From Gracilinanus agilis (taxonomy: Eukaryota), in NCBI RefSeq assembly GCF_016433145.1, contig NC_058131.1, forward strand, positions 591,757,626 to 591,818,967: a stretch of DNA of 61,342 nucleotides. The letters run 5' to 3'. The notes below the pieces were generated by a model. It saw only the letters and a program-made list of their open reading frames with translations. It made no database searches and was not told where the DNA came from. Both the position numbers and the translations under genes were made by a program. Shown here piece after piece: positions 1 to 12,179 of this stretch (positions within the stretch are counted from its first letter, which is position 1; every line of letters begins with the position of its first letter).

Positions 1-67
1 AAGGAAAGGAAAGGAAAGGAAAGGAAAGGAAAGGAAAGGAAAGGAAAGGAAAGGAAAGGAAAGGAAA
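1..67 (+). repeat. (AAAGG)n polypurine microsatellite, truncated by window start
   Basis: About 13 perfect AAGGA units read directly. Confidence 0.98.
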
Positions 68-316
68 TTCATAGAGGTCATTGCCCTGAGTGAAAAAAAC
101 CAAACCAAAACAAAACAAAAAAACAACCCAGAGTGTTTTCCCAGGGATTTTAATCATGACTACTGACTTTCACCTCTGGAGTTTCTTTATCAATAGATTT
201 GCATCAACAAAGCTAAAATCACAGGTTGATTCAGGTTAAATGCCAGTCATTATTGCTAATGAGATCCTGTACCTTTAAAAATCTAACTCTTGCTTTATTC
301 ACTTTATATCCTGCAA

Positions 317-662
317 NNNNNNNNNNNNNNNNNNNNNNNNNNNNNNNNNNNNNNNNNNNNNNNNNNNNNNNNNNNNNNNNNNNNNNNNNNNNNNNNNNNN
401 NNNNNNNNNNNNNNNNNNNNNNNNNNNNNNNNNNNNNNNNNNNNNNNNNNNNNNNNNNNNNNNNNNNNNNNNNNNNNNNNNNNNNNNNNNNNNNNNNNNN
501 NNNNNNNNNNNNNNNNNNNNNNNNNNNNNNNNNNNNNNNNNNNNNNNNNNNNNNNNNNNNNNNNNNNNNNNNNNNNNNNNNNNNNNNNNNNNNNNNNNNN
601 NNNNNNNNNNNNNNNNNNNNNNNNNNNNNNNNNNNNNNNNNNNNNNNNNNNNNNNNNNNNNN
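317..662. other. N-run (346 N): assembly gap or masked segment
   Basis: Seen directly. Confidence 0.98.
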
Positions 663-1246
663 CCTGTCATCTAAGAACCCCCAGCTACCAGCTCTACCCT
701 CACCCCATTAGCACTTCATCCCCTCTCTCAGACGCCTTTGAGAAGCCCACCAAGCAGCTACAGAAATCCAAATCCCCCCTCCAGGCTTCCTTCATTGAGA
801 AACTTTATTTTAAAAAAATTACATAACATTTTGGCACAGAAAGTCTGCATACCAAATCCCTCTCCTTGGAAATAAAGAACTATGTAAAGGTATGGAGAAA
901 CTATCCAAAACAAAAAGCCAAATAATATCAGATCAGGATAGGAAACTAATTGAGAGTGATCAGAATGTAATTAATGATAATTCATTATTATTCAACATCT
1001 TATTTGTCTACAAAAATGAGACTGAAAACAGAAGCACTTAAAAAGTTAAGATTGGTTGTAGAGTCACTGACATATTTAATAAATCCAAGTGCCAAGGTAC
1101 AAAGAATTTTCTGGGAGTAGTAGGAATACTATTAAGCCTGCTTTGTTGTAGAATTTCCTCACACATACAAAATATTGATTGCTTTGTTACTTTCTAAAAT
1201 ATATTTTCAGCATTTTACTATGATTGTGGGTATTCTATCCCCTTGT

Positions 1247-1340
1247 CTTCTGTCTGTATATAATTTTTAACTATAAAGTACTTGCTTATGACAATGCCTT
1301 CTGTCTGTATATAATTTTTAACTATAAAGTACTTGCTTAT
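1247..1340 (+). repeat. Perfect 43-bp direct duplication with 8-bp spacer
   Basis: cttctgtctgtatataatttttaactataaagtacttgcttat at 1247-1289 and 1298-1340; spacer gacaatgc. Confidence 0.95.
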
Positions 1341-1399
1341 TAAATATTTCTTAATGTGGTTTATTTAATCATTGTAATTGTTTTATTAGATATGTGAAA

Positions 1400-1530
1400 T
1401 AGGGCTTATTATTCCCATTTTGGAGATGAACAAATTAAAGTTTAGCAGATCTAAAGTGACTAGTTCACATTCACATGAAGAGCTAGTAGTAGATCTGTTC
1501 CCAGCATTCATGTCCAATGACCCTATTTTT
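1400..1530 (-). mobile_element. MIR/CORE-SINE fragment
   Basis: Degenerate ttattattcccattttggagatga...aagtgact core in reverse orientation. Confidence 0.5.
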
Positions 1531-2296
1531 TTTTCTTCTACTACCACTGAATTGAAGTTGTTAGAAGAGCTCGGCATATCCCTTCAACTATTCCTTCTTT
1601 TGAAATTTCATTTGGTTTTGAAGCTATAAAAAGTTTTTAGAATGAAGCTTACTTTTTCACGTTCCTAGCCTCTCTTCCCTTCTATCCCCATCAAAATGTA
1701 TTCTTCTACCTAGGCTCCTTGGTGGGCTCACAAATGTAAATGGATTAACTTTTAAATGGAATATGCTCATGCTAAGAATTTAAGATCCTGATGAAGTGGA
1801 GGGGAGATATTTTTGGTCTAATGGAAGTCTTTTGAAATCAAAACACAAGTCTTCTCTTCTGTGTTCAAATAGCTCTGATTCTCTGTGTGTTCACATAAGG
1901 ACAGACTAGGGCAAGCTAACTTTGGGAGTGCTTTACAGGTAAAGAAAACACATCAAGTCACCTCTATGGTTGATCACCTGCATCATCCTCCAGTGTAAAA
2001 GAAAAATGCAAATTCAGAAGGAAAACAGGCTTAGTTTCAGCAAATGAAGGCTATGTATATCTCTACTGGTTAAGTTAAAACCTTTATGCTTATAATTCAG
2101 TTGAAGCCCTTACTGCTTCCCAAAGCATATCTGCTCATTAGAACACACAATAAATAAGGATTAGGTGGCCCAGAGTTGGATCTCTGTTAGCAAAATAACT
2201 GTAAGAATCTTTCATTCATTTTGAAGAAGTTTTGCTGACCTGCTCTAATGGTGAAAATCTATGGACTTTTACACATAAACACACACACACATTCTT

Positions 2297-2484
2297 TTTT
2301 TTTATTTTTTTAAACCCTTGTACTTTCGGTGTATTGTCTCATAGGTGGAAGATTGGTAAGGGTGGGCAATGGAGGTCAAGTGACCTGCCCAGGGTCACAC
2401 AGCTGGGAAGTGGCTGAGGCCGGGTTTGAACCTAGGACCTCCTGTCTCTAGGCCTGGCTCTCACTCCACTGAGCTACCCAGCTG
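2297..2484 (-). mobile_element. Young opossum SINE1-type tRNA-derived SINE (short-tail variant)
   Basis: Minus strand shows A box (TAGCTCAGTGG), B box (GGTTCAAACCC), CORE and poly(A); TSD cacacacacacattctt at ~2280 and ~2485; CpGs retained. Confidence 0.95.
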
Positions 2485-3499
2485 CACACACACACATTCT
2501 TGAAAGTATTTTTTTTTTTGGCTCAACTATATATGAATTTCAGTTTAGTATTTTTCCCTTGAATTATCTAGATAATTTTCTGAATTCAACAGATCCTCTT
2601 GCTTATGAATTACATTCTTAAGCAAACCTTTTTCTAAAGTAGCCTCCATTTCTAGATGCATATTTTTCTGCCCAATTGGCAAATTATAAGCTTGACTAAT
2701 ATTTTGCTAAAAAGATATATTTTCTAACTACATAGGTTTAATGGCCAAGAAAAGCATAGGGAATGTCATAATAGGTGTAGCAAGCATTGTTCCCTGAAAA
2801 GTGTTGCTTCCTGTGTCATTGGGTTAAATCTAGGCTTTATTATATGGATTGATTTGATTCAGATTCTTTCAATTCTCATGTCAGATTTGTATCTGAATTG
2901 ATCACAGAGCCTTTTGACAAGTGTCATCTGCCACACATATTACAATTCATGACATTTAAGGTCCTATTGACCTGGAAAGTCTGCTCCCATATGGGGGAAA
3001 AAAGATACCAGCTCCTTTTAAAAATGTTACATTTGGCAGATTCTCATGTAATCATATATATATATATATATATGGCAAGATGCAAAATATGTTATCCTGA
3101 AATCTATTTAAAATTACTACAGCTTTAATTTTAGTACATATATCATATGCCCCTTCCTTGAACTAGAATGTTTGTTGGGAAAGAATGTATGTTAATAATT
3201 ATTTTTGCCTATCTTTGGTAAAGATTTTCAACTTTAGAAATAACATTGACTAAAAAAAAAAGGTAATGGTTCTTGTATCTAGAAATCATTAAAGAAATGT
3301 AGGTGAGTAGAAGGAAATATTTTATAGCACATTTTAATTTTTAAGATACAAGTGCATTTTGATCTTCATCTCATGGGCCAAGATGCTTTATACTGTATTC
3401 AAAATTATCACTGTTCAAAATAAAAATTTATCCTAGGTATGTGGCTATAATCTGCAACCAAGAAAATAAAATCAAGATTTAGATGGCTGCAGATGGTTA

Positions 3500-3690
3500 G
3501 CTTCAAGGCATAGTTGCTAAATATATTCACCAGGAAATCAACTTCTCTATGCCTCAGTTTCTGTATTTGCATATAAGGATATTTATACTCATCCTACCTT
3601 CCTCACAAAGACTGAGTGAATTAAGGGAGATGAAATATCTGTAGTGATAAATTGTAAAGGAGGATTGTGCAAAGGTGAAATTATCAACAA
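3500..3690 (+). mobile_element. MIR3-like fragment
   Basis: cttctctatgcctcagtttc...cctaccttcctcacaaag core. Confidence 0.5.
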
Positions 3691-3853
3691 AATGTATAGT
3701 CAAAAAAGAAGATCTACTGATCAGTAGTCAGAAGGGATTATTAACAGCTAGCCCCTGGGCAATGGTATTCATGAAAAGTCAAGAAATGTAAAGAAAGGTC
3801 TTCCTCTTCTGAAGACGATTCATGGACCAAGTGGACAAGTGAAGCACAGTATA

Positions 3854-4064
3854 TTTTTTCATTTTTTCATTTTTTTTTAAACCCTTACCTTCAGTCTTGG
3901 AGTCAATACTGTGCATTGGCTCCAAGGCAGAAGAGTGGTAAGGGTAGGCAATGGGGGTCAAGTGACTTGCCCAGGGTCACACAAGTGTCTAAGGCCAGAT
4001 TTGAACCTAGGACCTCCCGTCTCTAGGCCTGGTTCTCAATCCACTGAGCTACCCAGCTGCCCCC
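3854..4064 (-). mobile_element. SINE1-type SINE (long-tail variant)
   Basis: A/B boxes and poly(A) on minus strand; 17-bp TSD aagtgaagcacagtata at 3837-3853 and 4065-4081. Confidence 0.96.
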
Positions 4065-4249
4065 AAGTGAAGCACAGTATAGAAAGTCATTAATGAGTTG
4101 TGAATTGCAGGAAGAACCACTCCTATAAAGGAGATGACATATTATCAACAAAGTTATTTTTTTTTAGTAAAAAGTGCTATAGATATTTGAGATGTAATTA
4201 TTGCAGACGACACTGAATATTCAATTCGATTTAACAAGCATTGATTTGT

Positions 4250-4480
4250 TATTGTTCTTGTTCAGTTATTTTCAGTCATGCTTGGCTCTCTGTGATTCCC
4301 ATTAGGGATTTTCTTGGCAGAGATGCTGGAATGGTTTGCCATTTCTTTCTCCAGCTTATTTTGCAAATGAGGAAACTGAGAGTTAAATGACTTGGCCAGG
4401 GTCACAGAGATCAGAAGTAACTGAAGTCAGATTTGAACTCAGGAAGACGTTTCCCTTACTCCAAGCATGGCATTCTATCT
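4250..4480 (-). mobile_element. MAR1-type marsupial CORE-SINE
   Basis: gggattttcttggcagagatgctggaatggtttgccatttc tail followed by CORE (aaatgaggaaactgag...gacttggccagggtcac). Confidence 0.85.
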
Positions 4481-4619
4481 ACAGCTTCCTAAACACTGAT
4501 TAAACACTTACTCTGTAGAAGATATTATGGTAGGAATGGTAACCAGTGTAGGATAAATTAGTCCTTTAAAGAACTGAAAATATAAGTGAACTTTCTTACC
4601 ATCAATGGCATAAATTTTA

Positions 4620-4812
4620 CAGTGATTTCCAAAGTGGACACCACCTCCCCCTTGTGGGTGCTGCAGCAATCCAGGAGGAGCAGTGATGGCCACAGGTGCA
4701 TTTGGGGATGGTGAATAACTGTAAGGGGGCGATGATAGTATATTGCAGGAGGTGCTAAGTAATATTTTTTCTGGAAAGGGGGTGGTAGGCCAAAAAAGTT
4801 TGGGAACCACTG
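4620..4812 (+). mobile_element. Non-autonomous hAT (Charlie-group) MITE, OposCharlie1/OC1-like
   Basis: TIRs cagtgatttccaaa / tttgggaaccactg, 193 bp; internal ggtgggtgctgcagc...gatggccacaggtgc matches recalled OC1 non-autonomous consensus. No clean 8-bp TSD. Confidence 0.75.
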
Positions 4813-5119
4813 GGCCATAAAAGGTCTAACCAAGAGGCAAAAAGGTGTCAGAGGTTTTTATTGGTACCCCTACTGTCCTGTGGGAAACACCTTTTGACAT
4901 AACGTGACTAGGTGTCATGATGCCTGGGGAAGTAGTGGTTTTTTTTCATTCTGTTTTCTAATTAGCTTTTTAGACTATGTACTTTTAATCTGTGATCAAT
5001 GAGGCCATTTTTATTGCATTCTATGATGCAAATTCACTTATATATCTCCCTTTCCTAAACTAGACTGGCTTAGGGTAATTAGAGCTATTCCATTCTAATG
5101 AAATATTAAAACTAAAAGA

Positions 5120-5785
5120 GCACCAGTCCTTTCCCTTAAGAAGCTTATCTTCTTAGGGACAGAAAATTTACAAAGGGAGGTAAGCAGAAGCTAGTTTGTA
5201 AAGGAAGAAAATACTTACAGTGAAGAGAATCAAGAAAGACTTTATCCTGAAAGAGTTGAGCCCTGAAGAAAGGAAGAGAGGAAGTACATTTCTGGGATGT
5301 AGGACTGTATGTGCCAAAGTACAGAGATAGATAGATGGAATACTAATTCAGGAAAGAGCAAATGGGCCAGCTTGGCTGGAATACAGAGTGCATGAGGAAG
5401 AGTATAAATCTGCAAAGTAAAGTTGGAGCCAGACCTTAGGGATAAGTTGGGGATTTTAGCTTCAAAGAAACAAGGAGTCATTGACAATTCTTTAGCAAGG
5501 AAAGGCATTCTCAGGAATATATCTTAGGAACATTATTTTGGCAGCTGGGTGGAATATATATATATATATATATATATTAAGAAGGAAAAATGAAAACAGA
5601 TCAATTCAGAGGCTATATCAACAGTTTAGACGAGAGATGATGAGACAGAAACAGAGTGGTAGTGATGTGAGTACAGAGATGATATCATGGAGACAGAACT
5701 GATATGACTTAAGAATAATTTCCCATAGAGAGTAAAAGCAAGTAAGGAATGAAAAGTAGAAGGATGATGGCATCTTCAAAATGAA
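5120..5785 (-). mobile_element. L2 fragment interrupted by (TA)n at ~5553-5578
   Basis: Purine-rich antisense L2-like sequence. Confidence 0.6.
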
Positions 5786-5790
5786 TAATA

Positions 5791-5990
5791 GGGGTTACCA
5801 GGTGGCTCAGTGAATAGAGAGCAAGGCCTGGAGATGGGAAGGTTCTGGATTCAAACCTGACCTCAGATACTTCCTAGCTAGATGACCATGGGCAAGTCGC
5901 TTTACCCCCATTGCCTAGCTTTATCAGTCTTCTGTCTTGGAACTGATACTTAGTATCTATTCTAAAATGGAAAATAAGAGTTTAAAAAAA
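5791..5990 (+). mobile_element. Older opossum tRNA-SINE (SINE2/SINE1-related)
   Basis: A box ggtggctcagtg, B box ggattcaaacc, CORE-like middle, A-rich tail. Confidence 0.85.
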
Positions 5991-6744
5991 GTAATAATGA
6001 CTTTTGGAGGATGTATGGGGTTTATCTAGTTAAAATTTTATTTAATGAGCAATTTGAAAGAATAAATATTCAGGCTCAGCTCTTTTCTTTCAATTACTTC
6101 GAGTCATTATTGTTTATCTTCCTCATTAATATTTAAACCAGACAATTTCACATTTGGGTGGGAACCTGAGCAATAGAATGTGAAAGTATTTGCCCAAGTT
6201 ATGGTAAAAGACTTATAGCTTCATATTCTGTGATTCTTTCAATTCAGTTATATTCTGCAGAACACTCTTCCATGACAGTTGAAATCCAAGAGTTTGGATC
6301 CTAACACGACAATTTGCCATTTCTACTAGCCATGAGAAACCTAAAATTTTTTCTCCATGGCTTTAAGTTAATGAAAACTTCTGTTTTCCTTTTATAAACA
6401 AAAACCAAGTCAATTCAGAATCAATCTACTTTAGTCACCAATTTCATCAGTAAAGGGGGAAAAACACAGTGAAAAAATTACAATCATAGAGCTGGAAAAG
6501 TGTAAATATACTGTCTTATCTCTGCTGTACTTGAAGGCAATGATATAAACCATCACAGAGATATTAGTCTTTTTATTCACAGAATCTTGCTTCATACAAT
6601 GGTTCTACATGAGTGTTGCATTGTATTGGTTAACTGATTTCTTTTCACTCCCTTCACTAGGTCATATCCATTCTCCCACCTACTAATTTTGCATAGGAGG
6701 GACATAGGGCATTCTGAGGAGATGACCATCTTTAGTGTGAAGGT

Positions 6745-7215
6745 TGACTGAGCTCTTTTCAGGGCTGCTTTTCACCTCTGATGCCCACCTGCCACTCACT
6801 TCTCACCTGTGGCTCCAAGAAGCACAACAACTAAAAATCCCAGTAAACCATTTCAGCAGACAGACTAGACAAGGTGATGGAAATAATGGACCTCAAATCC
6901 TTTGCTTAGAAGGATGTGAAGACTTCATGGATGAGAACAATTTGTTTCAAAGATCATGAATGTGGTAGAGGCAGGCATTGTGGAGCACTTAGAGGTTGCC
7001 TAGACATAAAAGAAGTCAAGGTCATTCACTGCATTTTGAGCTATTACAAGTCATCTTGACTTTTGTTTTGCCACTGAATTTCATAGTTACTTGGAAGAGA
7101 AGGTAAGACTTAAGACTATGCAACTCTGCCTCACTTAAATTCAATTTATGCTTGAGTCAAACGACATAACCCAGATGTCATTAGTCCTCTTCAAAAGCAA
7201 TAAATGACTAGCAGC
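6745..7215 (+). mobile_element. Marsupial RTE-associated non-autonomous retroposon (MdoRep1-like)
   Basis: ctcacctgtggctccaagaagc, ggatgagaacaatttgtt, gtggagcacttagag, ctctgcctcacttaaat motifs in expected order. Confidence 0.7.
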
Positions 7216-7229
7216 AATTGTGCATATCC

Positions 7230-8640
7230 TCAATATTCTGTACCAGACCCAGTTGTCTTTTGCTATCTCCTTCAGTGATCTCATCAGCTCTCATATGTTG
7301 ATTTATCACCTTTATTTTCTCAATTCTATATGTAGTCCTTATCTTTTTGAGTAACCCCAGTCTTACATTACCATCTGACTGCTCACATCACCATGTAGAT
7401 GTCTGGCAGGCATTTAAATTTTAACTTGACCAAAAAGTAATTCATTATAATTTTGCCTAATCCATAGCATCTCCTAATATTGCAATTTCTGTTGAAAATG
7501 CCTTCATCCTTCATCCAGGTTTTATTTGATTTTTTCCATATTACCAATAATATCTTAATGCTAAATCCATTGACCTTTGTCATCATCTTTTTTAACCTCT
7601 GTACCTTTGGATGGCCACTCCTTTCCCTAGATACTCTTTCCCCTATGCTTCTCTCTTTTGGTTCTCTTAGTCTCTGTAAGCTTCTTCAAAGTATTCGTTA
7701 CTAGAATATCATTTTCCTTTTACCCCTATAAGTAGGGGCATCCCCCAAGATATCCTGAGCTCTCTTCTTTTATCTCTCTATAGGCTCTCCTTGATGATCT
7801 TGCCAGCTTCCATGAGTTCAATGATAATTTCTAAGTAGATGAGTCCCAAATTGTCATATCACGCTCTAATTCTAAATTCCAATCCCATATTACCAACTGC
7901 TTGTTGAACCTCTCCATTCAAAATCTCACTGGCATTTAAAACTCTACATATTCAAAATGAAATTCATTATATTTTCCCCTAGATCTCTCCTTCTTTTAAC
8001 CTTCCCCATTTCTGTTGGCAGAACCACTATTCTTCTAATTTACCAGATTCATAACTTTGGAATCATTTTTGACTCTTCTCCCTTCTTTATCCCACATATC
8101 TGATCAGATATTAAGTCTCACTGATTTTATCGCCACCAGTCCATACCCTTTTTATACTCACAGCCTTTATCCTACTAGTTTTAGCACCTAACATCTCTTG
8201 CCTAGAGCATTGAAATCACCTTCTAATCATTTCCTTTGCTTCCAGTCTCCCCTTTCCAAATATTTTTCACATAACTGTCAAGTTGATATTCCTAAGGCAC
8301 AAGTCTGGTGATATCATTCCCTTTATCCCTAAAAAGTCACTGATGCCTTCTTACTTCTTGATAAAATACAAAACCATGAGCCTTATAATTAAACTTTCTA
8401 TAATCTGTTTCCTACCTACATTTTCAGACGTCTTCCATATTACTTACCTTCATGTATTCTGCTTTTCAGACAAGCTAATCTGCTATCAGTTCTTCGTCTT
8501 GGGCATTCTATTATCTTCCTCTCTGCCTTTGCTCATGAGGACTCCAGTGTCCTCATTTCTGCCTGCTTAGTCTTTCTTGATCTGCCTAGTTATTTTCTTT
8601 CCCTCCTTATGGTAATTACTTTGTATTACTACTTATATAT
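7230..8640 (+). mobile_element. L2 fragments (two overlapping segments)
   Basis: Pyrimidine-rich L2 3' body; the segment gatctcatcagctc...accaactgc occurs twice (~7278 and ~7795). Confidence 0.7.
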
Positions 8641-8669
8641 TTAATATTTACTTATTTATTTGATCACTT

Positions 8670-9260
8670 AATCATCAACCATTTATAGGGCATGTACCAA
8701 ACTCCACATGCTATCCTAAGAATTGAGGTTAAAAAGAAAGATTAAATACATAGTTCCTCTTCTCAAGGAGGAGATCATAGTCTAATGAAGGAAATGTGAA
8801 AATACCTATGTACATACAGGTTATCTTAAAGGTAAATGGAGAATAATTTCAGAAGGAAACTACTAGAAATGAAGTGGATCATAAAAGGCCTTTGGAAGAA
8901 AATGAGATTTGAGCTGAGTCTTGAAGTAGGCAAAGATAAGAAGGGAGAGCATTCTCAGCACAGGAATGGGAGGTACAGTGTTATAGGTAAAGAACAATAA
9001 GTAGGTCAATATACCTGTGTGAAAGTGTATGTATATGGCAGCAAAATATAAGAAGGCCAGAAAGGCAGTCAGAGGCCAAGGGTGTGAAAGGCTTTAAATG
9101 CAAAATTGGGAATTTTTTATTTTACCCAGGAGATAAGAGGAAACTGCTTAAATTTATGGAGTAGGTGATAACACTGACCTGTACTTTGGGAAAATCACAT
9201 TGGCAGCAATGTGGAGGACATATTAGAATGGAAGAAACTTGAGGCAGAGAGATTAATTAG
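8670..9260 (-). mobile_element. L2 3' fragment
   Basis: Antisense L2 terminus and purine-rich body. Confidence 0.65.
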
Positions 9261-9269
9261 AGATGAGAG

Positions 9270-10490
9270 GAAAAAAAAGATATTAGATAAACAGGAAATA
9301 GGACTTTCAGACTTCAAATTTTATTTTAAAGCAACAGTCATCAAAAACATCTATACTGGCCAAAAAATAGAGAGGTCAATGGAACAGAATAGATAAGGGG
9401 GAATCAGAAACAATGACTCAACAACCCAGTTTTTTATAAAGTGGACCACATAAATTACTTAGGAAAGAACTTTCTATTTGATTAAAAACTGCTGCAAATA
9501 CTGGAAATCAGTCTGGCAGAAATTAAGGATATACCAATATCTAACACCATATTCCATAATACATTCCAAATCAGTATTTTTGTTAAAAATCACACTTTTT
9601 AAAAACTAGAAGAGAACCATTTCATCTGCTCCCTGAAGTTATTGTTTAGGAGATTTGTTTTTAGCTTAACAAGGGATAGAGCCACAAAGGATAAAATAGA
9701 TAATTTTTATAACACGAAACTAAAAAAATTCTGAATAGACAAAATTTAATATACCTAGGAGAAGAAGGGAAGTGGTTAGATGGAGAAAAACATCACTGCA
9801 ATAAATTTCTCTGAAAAAGGTTTGATATTCAAGATAGAAAAAAACACAATTAACAGTTATAGATAATACCAAGAGGCCCCCTCCCTCAGTAGATGAGTGA
9901 TCAAATAATATGAACAAATAACTCTCAAAAGATTTGCAAACTTAAAACAATTACATGAAAGAATGCTCCAAATTATTAAAAAAATACAAATCATAATAAC
10001 CTTGAGGTTTTCCCTCACATTTTGCAAATTGGCAGATGACAAAAGACAGGAATACTAATAAATATTGGAGGTATGGTGGGAAAATAGGCACACTGCTGCA
10101 TTGTTGGTGTAGCCATAAATCAGTACAACCTTTTTGGAAACTAATTTGGAATCATATTAAATAAAGTGGCTCAAATATCCATATTGTATGACCCAGAGAT
10201 TTTAAAAGAAGGCCATTTATAAGAGGAAAGTTCCCAAAACCAGAAAAAATATTCCTAGCAATTCTTTTTGTGGAAGCAAAGAATTGTACAGAAAACAAAT
10301 GTCCAGTGTATGGAGAATGCAATTGAATATTACTGTGTTTCAAGAAATGATGAGGGTGATAGAGAAGCATAGAAAGACAGCATAAACTGATTAAAGTATG
10401 AAATTAAGCAGAGTTGAGAAAATAGTATGCATATTGATTCCAACAATGTAAATGGCAATAATTATACATGCAGATGGCAAAAAAAAAATA
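9270..10490 (+). mobile_element. Old L1 (L1a): ORF2 C-terminal part and start of 3'UTR
   Basis: SDFKFYFKATVIK resembles L1 ORF2 PDFKLYYKATVIK; many stops and frameshifts. Confidence 0.88.
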
Positions 10491-10494
10491 AAAC

Positions 10495-11530
10495 AAAGGA
10501 GGTGCTCATCAGTTGAAGAATAGCTAGACAAGTTATGGTAGATGACTATAATAGAATACATTTTGTAGTTGTTGTGTCACACACTTTGTGACACCATGGT
10601 CTACACTACAGCATGCTAGTATCTTTCACTTTATTTTCCACTATATTCTGAAATCTATCCAAGTTCATGTTCATTGTTTCTGTGATGCTCTCTATCCATC
10701 TCATTCTCTGCCTTATCCTTCTCCTTCAGGCTTCAATCTTTCTCAACAATGGGGTCTTTTCCAATGAGTCCTGTCTTCTCATTATGTGGTCAAAGTATTT
10801 GAGCTTTGACTTCAGCATTTGACCTATCAGTGAATAGTCTGAATTAATTTCTTAAAGTATTGACTGATTTGATCTCCTTGCTGTCCAGGGGACTCTCAAA
10901 ACTCTCCAGCACCACAATTAGAAAGTGTTGATTATGAGGTAGTTAGCTTTAATTATAATCCAACTCTCACAACCATACATTGCAATTGGAAAAATTATAG
11001 CTTTGACTCTACAAACCTTTGTTGGAAAGGAGATGCTTTTTAGCATTCTATACAAATTCATAATAGCTTTTCTTCCAAGGAACAAGCATCTTCTAATTTC
11101 ATGGCTATGGTCACTGTTGTCAATGATCTTTGAGCCGAAGAACATAAAACTGACACTGTTTCCCTTTCTTTTCACTCTATTTAGAGTACTACTGCACTGT
11201 AAGAAACCTGGGGTGACTTGTATGGAACTTGTACAAAATAAAATAAACAGAACCACTGATATTATAAAGACATTCAACTTTGAAAGATTTAGGAACTTTG
11301 ATCAACACAAGAACTAGCCATAATTCTAGAGAGCTCATGATGAAATAAATATGTTAGGCATCTCTAGGCAAAGAGAGGTAATAGAGTCAGAGTGCAGAAT
11401 GAGGCATATTTTTTGAGGGGGGGGGAAGGTACGTGTATAATGTAGGAATCTGTTATGCTTCACTGTTCATGTTTGTAAAGGATTTTGGAGAATTTGCATA
11501 GGAAAATAAAATTGAATTTTAAAAAATTGA
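10495..11530 (+). mobile_element. 5'-truncated L1 (L1b) inserted in L1a and split by an RTE (pieces 10495-10558, 11176-11530)
   Basis: L1 3' sequence gacaagttatggtag...gaatac resumes as tactgcactgtaagaaa after the RTE and ends A-rich at ~11520. Confidence 0.7.
10560..11175 (-). mobile_element. BovB-like RTE LINE, 3' fragment
   Basis: Minus ORF 10918..11277 contains RRCLFLGRKAIMNL...PTKVCRVKAIIFPIAMYGCESW, matching BovB RLLLGRKVMTNLD...PTKVRLVKAMVFPVVMYGCESW; (aac)-rich tail at 10560. Confidence 0.9.
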
Positions 11531-11544
11531 ATTATATTTAACTT

Positions 11545-11860
11545 CAAAAAGTGAATGTTGTAAAAGTATACAGAATAAGCTAGATTCAAAAAAGATATAT
11601 GAGAAAGCATTCCCCCTCTATTCCTTTATAGAGGTGGGAGGTTCACAAGCTTTGCCTTTGTAGAACAAGTACAACATACTTTGCACATATTATCAGGCTT
11701 TTTAATGTATATTTATTAGTTATGTTGATTCTTTTTTCCCCTTCTTTAAAATGTCATTTATCATAGGATAGCTCTCTAAAAGGGGAAAGGACAGAATACT
11801 GGGAGAAACTATGGTAGTGTAGGAAAAAAAGCAAAATACATTAGTACAAAAGCACAAAAA
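11545..11860 (+). mobile_element. Continuation of L1a 3'UTR
   Basis: aagtgaatgttg...ctttatagaggtgggaggttcacaag continues the 3'UTR type that breaks off at ~10460. Confidence 0.65.
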
Positions 11861-11929
11861 ATTCAGTTATAATAGTTCAGATGAGATCTGATGAAAGGAA
11901 GTGGGAGGGAAAGAGAATAGGAAAGGAAA

Positions 11930-12165
11930 TGAGCAATAATTAAGCATCTACTATGTTCCAGGTACTGTGCTAAGTGTCGTAAGATATTATATCTCATTTG
12001 CTACTCAGAATAAATCTGAAACATTAATGTTATTATAAATCCCATTTTATAATTGAGGAAACTTAGTCAGTAACTTGTCCATGGTCGTAGAGCAAGTAAG
12101 TCTGAGACTGGATTTAAATTCAGGTCTTCTTGACTCTAGATCCAAAGCTCTATTCATCAAATTAC
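11930..12165 (-). mobile_element. MIR
   Basis: ctactatgttccaggtactgtgc...cccattttataattgaggaaact...aacttgtccatggtc. Confidence 0.7.
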
Positions 12166-12179
12166 CTAGACAGGGGCCT

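Noticed and set aside
226-826. ORFs of 123-178 aa near the window start
   Set aside because: Open only because N codons are not stops.
1247-1340. CRISPR-like repeat-spacer-repeat
   Set aside because: Only two repeats, 8-bp spacer, no cas genes, eukaryotic context.
2297-2484. tRNA genes suggested by A/B boxes in SINE heads
   Set aside because: No cloverleaf; they continue into CORE, tail and poly(A) with TSDs.
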